Positions 17,601 to 26,697 of a stretch of DNA of 51,505 nucleotides are shown piece by piece (within the stretch, counting starts at the first letter, position 1; each line of letters starts with the position of its first letter). Position numbers and translations under genes: made by a program. The notes beneath the pieces were generated by a model. The model was not told the origin of the DNA, searched no databases, and was given only the letters and a program-made list of their open reading frames with translations. This stretch comes from an uncultured Gammaproteobacteria bacterium (GTDB lineage Bacteria; Pseudomonadota; Gammaproteobacteria; SZUA-229): contig CALLCZ010000021.1 of the NCBI GenBank assembly GCA_937998645.1, positions 1 through 51,505 on the forward strand, written 5' to 3'.

Positions 17601-18185
17601 CTAGAATAATTCAGTTCGTCCTATGGAGAGGGATGACTGTTTTACCGGGTTTTCCTTTTCCAGTTCAGTGCGGAATTTTGCAACATCCTGTTTTAATTGA
17701 AGGATTTCGTTGATAAATTCCGGATCTTCTTTATGGTCCATGTGCTTGAATCTTTTCAGGGCGCCATCCAGTCTTTTGAACATTGCATGTATGCTCAGGG
17801 TTCTGTTCTGTGCATGCTTCGTTAGTTGTTGCACAATGTCATCAAACTGAAGAGCGGTTACGATTTTAACCTGATTGGCTCTATAATGTTTTTCAGATCG
17901 CTTGCACTGTTCTAGCAGTTCTTTATTGTTTGCGTTATTCAACTGCAAGGCCAGGGTGACCATGGTGGTTTGTTCAATAGCCAATATGTTCATTTCATCA
18001 AAGCTGGAGCTTAGCGACCTTGTTGCATCGCGAACAAGATTTCTGACATGCTCGAGTTCTTCGTGAATATATTGATGTTCTCTGATCATTAAGCAGGTCA
18101 GGTCATCTGCCAGTTCCGAGAGCAGGGGGCTTATATCTTTTATTGTTGTATTTGTGTTATTCATCGGCAGTTGGATAATAGTCAA
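17601..18185 (-). CDS. Hypothetical protein, candidate remote CheZ-type CheY-P phosphatase
   Basis: Last gene of the cheA-cheB operon. The start is either TTG 18185, overlapping the cheB stop, or ATG 18164. Predicted all-helical. Motif ALQFDDIVQQL resembles the CheZ active-site region (DFQDLTGQ, D-x3-Q). The C-terminus is ..IGRTELF. Confidence 0.5.
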   Translation of the reverse strand: MTIIQLPMNNTNTTIKDISPLLSELADDLTCLMIREHQYIHEELEHVRNLVRDATRSLSSSFDEMNILAIEQTTMVTLALQLNNANNKELLEQCKRSEKHYRANQVKIVTALQFDDIVQQLTKHAQNRTLSIHAMFKRLDGALKRFKHMDHKEDPEFINEILQLKQDVAKFRTELEKENPVKQSSLSIGRTELF

Positions 18186-19264
18186 TCACTGCATTTTTGC
18201 ATAAGTGTAGTAACTTTATCTGCTATTTTGTGTAGTGGCAGGATAAAGTCAGCTGCTTGTATTTTAACCGCTTCACCGGGCATCCCCCAGATAATACTGC
18301 TTTGCTCGTCCTGTGCGATAGTAATTGCACCTGCATCATGCATTTCTTTCAAACCACGTGCGCCATCGGAGCCCATACCGGTCAATAGTATACCAATTGC
18401 GTTATTGCCAGCGGATTCACAGGCTGATCTGAACAATACATCAACAGATGGTTTGTGGCGATTTATAGCCTCTCCGTCATCCAGTTTACAGTAGAGCAAG
18501 TTGGTGTTTACGTTGCGAGCGATTTTTAAATGCTGGTCTCCAGGTGCGATGTAAACATGGCCTGGTAGAATTTGCTGCTTATCTTTTGCTTCACAGACTT
18601 CAAGCGCAGAAATATTGTTAATGCGTTCCGCGAATGCTCTGCTGAACGCTCTAGGTATATGCTGTACAACTATCAAGCTGTATGTGTCAGGTTTTAAACT
18701 GGCAACTATTTCCTTAATAGCCTCTGTGCCACCAGTTGATGCTCCGATAACGACTATTGACTGGCCGTCGTATTTCTTGATTGAAGTTGTTGATTTATTG
18801 GTTCGTGCAGGTGGTAATGAGCGCGGTATATTTATGGTTGAGTCTAAAGTGCTATTGACGGATGCGGCAGCCTTGATTTTACTGATAATCTCTTCGGAAT
18901 AGTCGACCAGGCTGGTTTCGCTGATGGCGTCAGGTTTTCCTACATAGTCGATAGCGCCAAGCCCGAGCGCCTCCAGTGCCAGGTCGGCGCCTTTTTGAGT
19001 TAATGTAGACACCATGACGACTGGCATGGGTCTGAGACGCATTAGATTTTTAAGGAAATTTATGCCATTCATCTTCGGCATTTCAATATCCAGTGTCAGT
19101 ACATCAGGATTTAATTGCTTGATTTTTGTCCTGGCGACATATGGATCCATTGCTGTGCCTACGACTTCAATTTCAGCATCTGATGAAAGTATTTCACAGA
19201 GAATCTTTCTTGTGAGTGCTGAGTCATCGACTATAAGCACACGAATTATTTTCTTTGCTGACAT
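18182..19264 (-). CDS. cheB: Chemotaxis response regulator protein-glutamate methylesterase
   Basis: REC domain (VLIVDDS, LTLDIEMP), then the methylesterase motifs GASTGG, VVQHIP and TGMGSDG. Confidence 0.93.
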   Translation of the reverse strand: MSAKKIIRVLIVDDSALTRKILCEILSSDAEIEVVGTAMDPYVARTKIKQLNPDVLTLDIEMPKMNGINFLKNLMRLRPMPVVMVSTLTQKGADLALEALGLGAIDYVGKPDAISETSLVDYSEEIISKIKAAASVNSTLDSTINIPRSLPPARTNKSTTSIKKYDGQSIVVIGASTGGTEAIKEIVASLKPDTYSLIVVQHIPRAFSRAFAERINNISALEVCEAKDKQQILPGHVYIAPGDQHLKIARNVNTNLLYCKLDDGEAINRHKPSVDVLFRSACESAGNNAIGILLTGMGSDGARGLKEMHDAGAITIAQDEQSSIIWGMPGEAVKIQAADFILPLHKIADKVTTLMQKCSD

Positions 19265-19266
19265 TG

Positions 19267-19917
19267 TTAGAACAGGTCTATTTTGCCTTCGACAGGTGCA
19301 TTGTTGATGGTGTCGATATATGAGGACTCTCTTTGGGCTAAAGTGTCGTTGTGCTGGCAGTTCAGGCTTTTAACTCTGGCTCTGCCGGTGTTGGGGAAGT
19401 ACTGTATTTTTCTGGGCAAGTTGCCACCAACATCTTCAGCGGCGATGGCAAGGCCTTCGGTATCAAGGTAGCGTTTTACAAAATCAATATTTTTACCGCC
19501 TATGTCTGAATCTATCTGCAGGACTCTGCCACCTCCAAATAACTTTATCTCGAGGTTTTGGCGTTTGCCCCCACCGGCCAGAATAACATTTATCAGGCGT
19601 TCCATTGCTATGTTTCCATAGCGGGTCTGTGCATTAACCGGCGTGTTGCTCCATGTTTTACCAGTTCGACTGATGCCTGCGGGTAGCATAAAGTGGTTCA
19701 TGCCGCCAATGCCTGTTGCAGTGTCGCGTACACATGCAGATACACATGAACCCAGCACGGTGGTAATCAATTCTCCGGTCATTGTTACATAAAACTCACC
19801 AGGTAATATCTTTGCTGCATATATGTTGTTAGTGGTGTCCCAGTAACGATTGATTGACTCAAAACCGGCGATTGCTTTTGGTAAGTCGAAACGGGAATTG
19901 TCATATTGTGTTTTCAT
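19267..19917 (-). CDS. cheD: Chemoreceptor glutamine deamidase CheD
   Basis: TTVLGSCVSACV (catalytic Cys region) and GGMNHFMLP. The start overlaps the cheR stop (TGATG). Confidence 0.9.
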   Translation of the reverse strand: MKTQYDNSRFDLPKAIAGFESINRYWDTTNNIYAAKILPGEFYVTMTGELITTVLGSCVSACVRDTATGIGGMNHFMLPAGISRTGKTWSNTPVNAQTRYGNIAMERLINVILAGGGKRQNLEIKLFGGGRVLQIDSDIGGKNIDFVKRYLDTEGLAIAAEDVGGNLPRKIQYFPNTGRARVKSLNCQHNDTLAQRESSYIDTINNAPVEGKIDLF

Positions 19918-20774
19918 CAGCCTGTCTTCTGGTGAATGGTGTGGCCTGTATTTGCAAATCTGTCGGAAATTCCGACCAGGCTTTCTGCATGTCCTACGAA
20001 AAGCGTACCATTGTCTTCGAGCTGGTCTGCAAATCTGTCCAGGAGTTGTATTCGGGTTTCTCTTTTAAAGTATATGGCGACGTTACGAAAGAAAATACAA
20101 TCGAACATGCCGCTGATAGGCCATTTCTGTGTCAGATTAAGTTGTTTGAAATGAACCATATCGCGTATATCTGTCCTGATTTTTACCCGGCCTCGCTTTT
20201 TTCCAGTGCCCATTAGCATCCATCTTTTTTTACGATCAGTGGAGATATCATTTGTGCGTTCTATTGGATATTCGGCAATTTTTGCTGATTCAAGCACATT
20301 TGAGTCAAGGTCGGTGGCCAGGATCCTGGCATCCCACCTGTCGATATCCCTGATGTTTTCTCTCAATACCATTGCTATAGAATAGGGTTCTTCTCCTGAT
20401 GAGCAACCGGCAGACCAAATGCGCAATTGCGGGCGGGTTTCCCCCGCTTTTTTTCTGATGATGTCAGGTATGACTTTATTTGCGAGGTATTCAAAATGAT
20501 GAGCTTCTCTGAAAAATGATGTCACATTTGTAGTGATTGAGTTTATGAAATGTTTGACTTCTTCGGGATCTTCCTGCTTCAATAGCATGCAATAGTCGCT
20601 GAAGCTTTGTAAGCCTAGCAGGCGTAGTCGTTTTGCTACTCGGCCATAAACCAGTTCGCGCTTATCATCCGTAAGGTTGATGCCGGTATTCAGACCCACC
20701 AGGTTGCTCAGGAAATTAAAATCCTCGTTGGTGAATTTAAATTCTTTTATAGTGGAGGTGCTTAATTCAGTCAT
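19917..20774 (-). CDS. cheR: Chemotaxis protein methyltransferase CheR
   Basis: N-terminal helical domain plus the SAM-binding motif RIWSAGCSSGEEPYSIAM and LFVGHAESL. Confidence 0.93.
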   Translation of the reverse strand: MTELSTSTIKEFKFTNEDFNFLSNLVGLNTGINLTDDKRELVYGRVAKRLRLLGLQSFSDYCMLLKQEDPEEVKHFINSITTNVTSFFREAHHFEYLANKVIPDIIRKKAGETRPQLRIWSAGCSSGEEPYSIAMVLRENIRDIDRWDARILATDLDSNVLESAKIAEYPIERTNDISTDRKKRWMLMGTGKKRGRVKIRTDIRDMVHFKQLNLTQKWPISGMFDCIFFRNVAIYFKRETRIQLLDRFADQLEDNGTLFVGHAESLVGISDRFANTGHTIHQKTG

Positions 20775-20782
20775 GGGTATTT

Positions 20783-21187
20783 TCAGGCTATGCCCATGTT
20801 CCGGGATAATCCAATCAGCCTGGCGCGAGAAATGAATTCATCAGATGGGTTGATCCAGTTAATCTTGTGATTATTGGAAGTAACTTTTGTGACAAAGGCA
20901 TAAAGCAGCTGCAAGATGGCGGTGTCGATCATTTCAACTGCAGAGGCATCAATATTGACATCAGTATTTGTAAGCTTGCCTAATTCCTCATATAGCACTT
21001 TGGCATTGTTTATGACTGCTACGGAATCAAGTGTGAGGGTAGGTGTTAAATGCTTCTTGCTGACAGCAGTTTTTGCGCGGGTTCTGACCGCCGTTTTTTT
21101 TGTGGGTGCCCTTTTCTTTTTCACGGTCGATTTTTTACGCGCAGGCGGTGTTTTTTTTGTCGTGGCGGTTTTTTTTCGTGTTGGCAC
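20783..21187 (-). CDS. STAS-domain protein with a Lys/Thr-rich basic N-terminal tail
   Basis: The first ~48 aa are MPTRKKTATTKKTPPARKKSTVKKKRAPTKKTAVRTRAKTAVSKKH. An STAS-like fold of about 85 aa follows (LTLDSVAVINNAKVLYEELGKL..NIDASAVEMIDTAILQLLYAF). The gene lies between cheA and cheR, with gaps of 33 and 8 nt. Confidence 0.72.
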   Translation of the reverse strand: MPTRKKTATTKKTPPARKKSTVKKKRAPTKKTAVRTRAKTAVSKKHLTPTLTLDSVAVINNAKVLYEELGKLTNTDVNIDASAVEMIDTAILQLLYAFVTKVTSNNHKINWINPSDEFISRARLIGLSRNMGIA

Positions 21188-21220
21188 AGTTATTCTCCGA
21201 ATGATGCCATGCTGCAGTGG

Positions 21221-23218
21221 CTATGCTGTAGTTACTCGATTGCCTGTTTCCTTGTGTTGCGTAGCCAGTCCCAGTACATCAAGAATCAGTGCAACTGAGC
21301 CATCTCCCAGGACAGTTGCACCAGTCAGACCCGGTACGGATTTATAGTTATTCTCCAGGCTTTTTATCACCACCTGCTGCTGACCAATGACATCGTCAAC
21401 CACTATGCCAATGTGCTTATCCCCTATATCAAAGACAACAAGCAGCTCTGGATGGTCAACACTTGTCTCGGGTTCAATATTAAATAATTCAGTCAATCGA
21501 ATAAGTGGAATGTATTCGTCGCGATATTTATATAGTTCGACTTTAGCTGCGACCGTGTTCGCGTCCCTGTCATGAAAAATCAACGTCTCTTTAATCGAAT
21601 GTAGTGGCATTATAAAAATCTGCTTGCCGACGCGTACGACCTGGCCATCAAGAATGGCTAGTGTCAATGGCAAGCTGATAGTGAATGTGCTGCCTGTACC
21701 CTGTTCAGACCAGACGTCAACCGTACCACCCAGGTCGGAAATGTTTCGCTTGACTACATCCATGCCGACACCCCGACCGGAAATGTCAGTGACTTCATTC
21801 GAAGTAGACAAGCCGGGCAGAAAAATCATGTTATGTATCTGTGATTCAGAGAGTTCTTCACCTTCAGCTACAAGATTGTTTTCAATAGCGGTTGCCAGCA
21901 GTTTGTCTGAATTTATACCATTGCCATCATCAGAGATTCTCAGGATTACGTAACCACCCTCATGTGAGGCATTGATTTTGATTGTGCCTTGTTCGGGTTT
22001 TCCTTTTGATACTCTTATGTCTGGAGTCTCGATGCCATGATCAATTGCATTTCTGACCAGGTGTACCAGCGGGTCACCGATTTTCTCAAGTACCGTCTTG
22101 TCCAGTTCAGTTGTTTCGCCGGAGAATTCAAGAGTTACCTGTTTTCCCTGTGCAATACTCAGGTCGTGAACAATTCGTGGTATTCTTTGAAATGTGTTGT
22201 CTACAGGCAGCATTCTTATGCTCATGGTTTGCTCCTGTAACTCTCGTGTGTTTCGTTCGAGTTGCTCAAGGCATGTGAGGAATTTATCCGACGAATCCAT
22301 GCCCAGATCATTGCATACCCGGTTTAAAATTGACTGTGTGATAACAAGCTCTCCAACCAGGTTAAGCAGGTTATCGATTTTATCAGTGCTTACACGGATC
22401 GAACGGCTTTCAGTGTCGGTTTTTCTTCGGCCGGACTGTTCGGGAGATTTTCTACGGTCTTCTGGCGATCTTCGCTCTATCTCCCTGGTTATTTCAAGTC
22501 TGCAATCACCCTCAACCCAGGCGAACACTTCTTCAATTTGCTCGCGAGTGATCTGCCCCTGTATCTGAATGCGCCATCCCAGGTAGCAATTATGTACATC
22601 GAGATCGTCAAAATCGGGCAAGTTATCCACTTCTGCCTTGATCGCAAACTCGCCAAGAGCCTTTAGTTCTCGAATTAAACGTAGCGGGTCATTGCCGCTG
22701 TAAAACAGTTTTTCAAACGGAAAGAAACCGATGCGCCATCTTTGCTCAGGACTATGGTCACTACCACCAGCCTGCCTGTTACCCTGGGAGGTTTCCTGTT
22801 TGGCGGGAGGGGTATCTGTGCTGGCGTGTGGTGCAAGTCTTTCAAGCTGTGCTGTCACGTTTTCTACCAGGGTGGTGTCGTAGGGCCTTGCTTCCCTGTG
22901 ACTGATGAGCATATTGTTTAAAGAATCAACAGCTGAGAGTAGTACAGAGATTAGTTGCTGGGTTATTACCAGCTCGTCGTTGCGCATTTTATCCAGCACA
23001 GTTTCCATGTTGTGGGTGAAATCTGAAATTTCACTGAAACCGAAGGTGCCTGCGCTGCCCTTGATTGAATGAGCTGCACGAAAGATTGTGTTGATAATTT
23101 CCTTGTCTGCAGTGCCAGGAGACAGGTTCAGCAATTCTGACTCCATTATTTCTATTCCTTCGAATGATTCTTCAAAGAAAATGTCGTGGAACTGTGACAG
23201 GTTTATATCTATTTCCAT
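21221..23218 (-). CDS. cheA: Chemotaxis histidine kinase CheA
   Basis: Hpt motif AAHSIKGSAGTFGF, N-box HLVRNAIDHGIE, G1 DDGNGI, G2 GRGVGMDVV, and a C-terminal CheW-like domain. Confidence 0.95.
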   Translation of the reverse strand: MEIDINLSQFHDIFFEESFEGIEIMESELLNLSPGTADKEIINTIFRAAHSIKGSAGTFGFSEISDFTHNMETVLDKMRNDELVITQQLISVLLSAVDSLNNMLISHREARPYDTTLVENVTAQLERLAPHASTDTPPAKQETSQGNRQAGGSDHSPEQRWRIGFFPFEKLFYSGNDPLRLIRELKALGEFAIKAEVDNLPDFDDLDVHNCYLGWRIQIQGQITREQIEEVFAWVEGDCRLEITREIERRSPEDRRKSPEQSGRRKTDTESRSIRVSTDKIDNLLNLVGELVITQSILNRVCNDLGMDSSDKFLTCLEQLERNTRELQEQTMSIRMLPVDNTFQRIPRIVHDLSIAQGKQVTLEFSGETTELDKTVLEKIGDPLVHLVRNAIDHGIETPDIRVSKGKPEQGTIKINASHEGGYVILRISDDGNGINSDKLLATAIENNLVAEGEELSESQIHNMIFLPGLSTSNEVTDISGRGVGMDVVKRNISDLGGTVDVWSEQGTGSTFTISLPLTLAILDGQVVRVGKQIFIMPLHSIKETLIFHDRDANTVAAKVELYKYRDEYIPLIRLTELFNIEPETSVDHPELLVVFDIGDKHIGIVVDDVIGQQQVVIKSLENNYKSVPGLTGATVLGDGSVALILDVLGLATQHKETGNRVTTA

Positions 23219-23273
23219 AGGTGCTGTGTATCCACCGTTGATATTTTTTATACGCGCCCTGTGGCGGTGGTAA

Positions 23274-23633
23274 TTACAGAACCCTGTCTACGGTAGAAAG
23301 CAGGCTGTCAGGATCAAACGGCTTTTCTATCCACCCTGTTGCGCCAGCAGCCTTGCCGTCCTGTTTTCTGGCATCGCTGGTTTCTGTTGTTAAAATCAGA
23401 ATCGGGGTAAATTTGAATGAATCGATCTGCCTCAGTTTACTGGTCAGAATTATTCCATCCATGTTGGGCATGTTGACATCCGTGATCACGAGATTGAACG
23501 CGTTGTTCTGCGCTGCATCGAGTGCCTGAATGCCATCTTCAGCCTCTATGACATCGTGACCAGCTTCTTTGAGTGTAAAAGAAACCATTTCACGCATGGA
23601 AATGGAATCATCAACCAGTAATATTTGCGCCAT
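23274..23633 (-). CDS. cheY: CheY-like single-domain response regulator
   Basis: The ATG at 23633 gives MAQILLVDDS.., VITDVNMPNMDG, LILTTE and IEKPF: a full set of receiver residues. The upstream extension in the track ORF is implausible. Confidence 0.9.
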   Translation of the reverse strand: MAQILLVDDSISMREMVSFTLKEAGHDVIEAEDGIQALDAAQNNAFNLVITDVNMPNMDGIILTSKLRQIDSFKFTPILILTTETSDARKQDGKAAGATGWIEKPFDPDSLLSTVDRVL

Positions 23634-23814
23634 GTGTTTTGCCCGGTACTTTGCTTTTGTGACTACAGAATAGTATAGCCAGTGATACTGATATCGCATT
23701 AGAACATGTGAAATAGTGTGTATGATGAAAATACCGGGTAGCCGGGCAGTTTGCGGAAACAATTGCCTTTCAGAAAGCAGGTGCTAATCTTCGTTGTATA
23801 ACAAAAGCATTTTA

Positions 23815-24198
23815 ATGACTGAGGAAATGCCTAAAACAATTTTAGTAGTTGATGACTCCAAAGCCATACTTTCGATTATCCGCACAGTTCTTGATGTGGC
23901 TGGGTACGAGGTATTGACGGCATCCGATGGGGTAGAGGGGCTGTCTCTGCTCAAGTCTGGCAGGCAGGTAGATATTATTGTTACTGACCTGAATATGCCC
24001 AATATGGACGGAATAGAATTCATCTGGGAAATCAGGAAATTACCTGATCATGTATTTACCCCTATATGCATGTTGACCACAGAATCAGAGCAATCAAAGC
24101 TGGTTGATGGAGAATCTATATCTATCGATGCCTGGATCAAGAAACCGATTCAGCCGGTTCATGTATTGAATATTGTCAGCAAGATCGTTCCACCCTGA
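23815..24198 (+). CDS. Second CheY-like single-domain response regulator (paralogue of 23274-23633)
   Basis: ILVVDDS, VTDLNMPNMDG, MLTTES and IKKP. The start is ATG 23815 or 23827. It is transcribed divergently from cheY-cheA. Confidence 0.85.
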   Translation: MTEEMPKTILVVDDSKAILSIIRTVLDVAGYEVLTASDGVEGLSLLKSGRQVDIIVTDLNMPNMDGIEFIWEIRKLPDHVFTPICMLTTESEQSKLVDGESISIDAWIKKPIQPVHVLNIVSKIVPP

Positions 24199-24367
24199 TT
24201 CTTCTCCCGCTAATACCAGGACAAGCCACCAAGCCTGACCAGATAATATTCGCTTTTAGCCGGGGTTCGGCATAAAAAGCCTGATTATTGTGCTATTTAT
24301 CTAGTAAATAACAATAAAAAATCACTCTTTATTAACCTTGTCGGGCTCTAGATCGCAGTAACTGCGC

Positions 24368-24931
24368 ATGGAAATAATGAATATCGATACTGATCATCTG
24401 AATCAGGGTATAACGCTGCAGGATCAAAATACCAGCACAAGCCAGCTGCTGACATTTATTCTGGGCGGTGAAGAATATGGTGTTGATATTTTGAATGTGC
24501 AGGAGATTAGAAGCTGGGAGCAGGCGACCTCAATCCCGAACACGCCAGACTACGTGCTTGGTGTTATAAATCTTCGCGGTCTTATTGTACCCATTATCGA
24601 TCTACGTAACAGATTTGAAATGGAACGGGCCGAGTATGGACCGCTGACTGTTATCGTTATCGTTAAACTGAGCAGCAAGTCAAAATCATCGAGAACTGTT
24701 GGCATGGTTGTAGATGAGGTTTCAGATGTATACAACATCTCTGAAGAGGAAATTGGTGAGTTGCCGGATTTTGGCAGTATCGTCGGGACAGAGTTCATTA
24801 AAGGTGTGGCATCTGTCAATGAAAAGATGGTTATTATCCTCGATATTGACATGCTTATAGATACTGGCGTTTTGGGCAACGATGCAGAGTCTGATGATGA
24901 CGAGAGTCAGGCATTACCGGCTATATCATAA
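24368..24931 (+). CDS. cheW: Chemotaxis coupling protein CheW
   Basis: CheW-like domain ([21 protein letters not shown].., [15 protein letters not shown]) with an acidic C-terminal tail. Confidence 0.9.
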   Translation: MEIMNIDTDHLNQGITLQDQNTSTSQLLTFILGGEEYGVDILNVQEIRSWEQATSIPNTPDYVLGVINLRGLIVPIIDLRNRFEMERAEYGPLTVIVIVKLSSKSKSSRTVGMVVDEVSDVYNISEEEIGELPDFGSIVGTEFIKGVASVNEKMVIILDIDMLIDTGVLGNDAESDDDESQALPAIS

Positions 24932-24951
24932 GGTTTTCTTCAGGTGAGAAT

Positions 24952-26697
24952 ATGAAACTATTAACAAAACTGGCAGGCATGGTCACAATATTGCTTGCTA
25001 TCACCTTTTTTATTGCCGGCTTTGCTATGGTCAGTATCACTAATGTTGGCGAGAATTTGCGTGGTATTGCGAGCGCTGATGTCCCTTTGCTGAATTCAAT
25101 CACAAGAATCACGGTAAATCAGCTTGAGCAGTCGGTGTGGTTCGAACGCGCATTGATGTCAGTAGAGCAGGATGACTGGAATTCATATGAAAAAGCCGAA
25201 ACAGAATTAATTTCGCTGGGTGACGTGGTTGATACCGAGTTTAATGTAAGTATGCAATTGCTTAAATCCACCATTGAGGACACTGCTGGCAGGGAGAGTG
25301 ACAACAAGTACAGCGATATTTCAGGTCGATTGAATAAGATCTACGTTGAGTATGCGGATTTGAACGAGAGTACTCAGGAAATGCTTGTGCATATGAAGAA
25401 AGGCACGATTTCCAGTACAGATATTGATATGTCCCTGGTGAAGCAGCAGGTACAGGCGATAAGTGAAGAATTACGTGCATTAACAGCTGAAATTAGCGGC
25501 GCCACGCAATCAATCGCTGTCATTACCAAGCAGCAGGAGTCTGATGCTACTTATATGATGACAATAATATCAGTGCTGGCATTAATAATGGCTATAGGCC
25601 TGGGTGTATGGATCATAAGAAGTGTTCGTAATCAGTTGGGAGCTGATCCATCTGTGTTGTTAAGTGTTTCAGAATCGCTGTCTAAAGGTGTGCTGGATAT
25701 AAAGCAAGATAGCTTTGATGTTGGTGTATACGGTTCAATTAACAGGACATTGGAGAAGTTAAAAGAGGTTATACATGGTATCAAGTCAGGGGCGCACGAA
25801 GTCAGCGTTGCTTCCGATCAGGTCTCGCAGGGTAATGCAAACTTAAGCCAGCGTACGCAGGAGCAGGCAGCAAGCCTGGAAGAGATTGCGTCCAGTATGG
25901 AACAGATGACAGGGACAACAGCGCAAAACGCATCGAACGCACAACTAACAAATAAGCTTGCGCAAGATGCCAGCAGACTTGCTGAAAATGGCGTGAGAGT
26001 TGTATGCAATGCTGTACAGGCAATGAGTGAGATCGACACTTCAAGCAAAAAGATTGCAGACATTATAAAGGTTATTGATGAAATCGCTTTCCAGACAAAC
26101 CTGCTGGCTTTAAACGCTGCGGTTGAAGCAGCAAGGGCGGGTGAGCAAGGGCGTGGATTTGCAGTGGTGGCCAGTGAGGTGAGGAACCTGGCTGGAAGAA
26201 GTGCTACCGCTGCAAAGGAAATAAAGCTGCTTATAGAAGACAGCGTTTCCAAAGTTGAAAGTGGTACCCAGCTGGTAAACGAATCGGGCAAGTCGCTGGA
26301 GGAAATAGTCGATTCTGTGAAAAAGGCCAGCGTCATGGCTACTGAAATCGCCGAGGCAAGCAGGGAGCAATCCGAGGGGATCGAGCAGGTTAACAGAGCG
26401 ATTTTGCAGATGGATGAAATGACACAGCAAAACGCGTCCCTGGTTGAGCAAGCGGCTGCAGCAAGTGAAGCGATGGGTGCCCAGGCACAGGAACTCAGTG
26501 CACTGGTGTCATATTTCGATCTCGGTTATGAGGAAGGCGGGATGAGCCAGTCTAATATCCGACAGATAGCTAGTGGCGATACTTTGCAAGACGATAATAA
26601 TATGACTTCGAACATACCGGCTCTTGATCTGCACCCGGAAGCGATTGCACGTAGTGAAGGTGCCGAACATGACGACGAAGAATGGAAAGAGTTTTAG
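24952..26697 (+). CDS. Transmembrane methyl-accepting chemotaxis protein with a C-terminal EWKEF pentapeptide
   Basis: Two TM segments flank a periplasmic helical domain of about 165 aa. HAMP domain. Canonical hairpin tip [41 protein letters not shown]. An acidic linker ends in ..[15 protein letters not shown] lies upstream of the ATG. Confidence 0.95.
   Translation: MKLLTKLAGMVTILLAITFFIAGFAMVSITNVGENLRGIASADVPLLNSITRITVNQLEQSVWFERALMSVEQDDWNSYEKAETELISLGDVVDTEFNVSMQLLKSTIEDTAGRESDNKYSDISGRLNKIYVEYADLNESTQEMLVHMKKGTISSTDIDMSLVKQQVQAISEELRALTAEISGATQSIAVITKQQESDATYMMTIISVLALIMAIGLGVWIIRSVRNQLGADPSVLLSVSESLSKGVLDIKQDSFDVGVYGSINRTLEKLKEVIHGIKSGAHEVSVASDQVSQGNANLSQRTQEQAASLEEIASSMEQMTGTTAQNASNAQLTNKLAQDASRLAENGVRVVCNAVQAMSEIDTSSKKIADIIKVIDEIAFQTNLLALNAAVEAARAGEQGRGFAVVASEVRNLAGRSATAAKEIKLLIEDSVSKVESGTQLVNESGKSLEEIVDSVKKASVMATEIAEASREQSEGIEQVNRAILQMDEMTQQNASLVEQAAAASEAMGAQAQELSALVSYFDLGYEEGGMSQSNIRQIASGDTLQDDNNMTSNIPALDLHPEAIARSEGAEHDDEEWKEF

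Noticed and set aside
23634-23762. N-terminal 43-aa extension of the cheY ORF in the track (start at 23762). Similar long-start versions exist for phoH (2640), the 21-haem cytochrome (12735), the PEP-CTERM gene (36216) and the methyltransferase (49023).
   Set aside because: The extensions lack homology-like sequence, and some start with TTG or GTG. The internal ATGs give canonical N-termini (receiver domain, signal peptide, Zn ribbon) and better SD context.
23634-23814. Searched the divergent che control region, and 24199-24367, for sigma-28 (TAAAGTTT-N11-GCCGATAA) and sigma-54 motifs
   Set aside because: No convincing match. The only GG..GC candidate, GCGGAAACAATTGCC, has the wrong spacing.
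24252-24280. Possible hairpin after the second cheY (GCTTTTAGCC..GGCATAAAAAGC)
   Set aside because: The stem is imperfect and no T-tract follows. That is not enough to call a terminator between cheY' and cheW.
25818-26336. 172-aa minus-strand ORF, plus others at 25802-26044 and 26110-26451, antisense to the MCP gene
   Set aside because: These are Ala/Ser-rich mirror-frame artefacts of the highly repetitive MCP signalling-domain coding sequence. The plus-strand MCP call is unambiguous.
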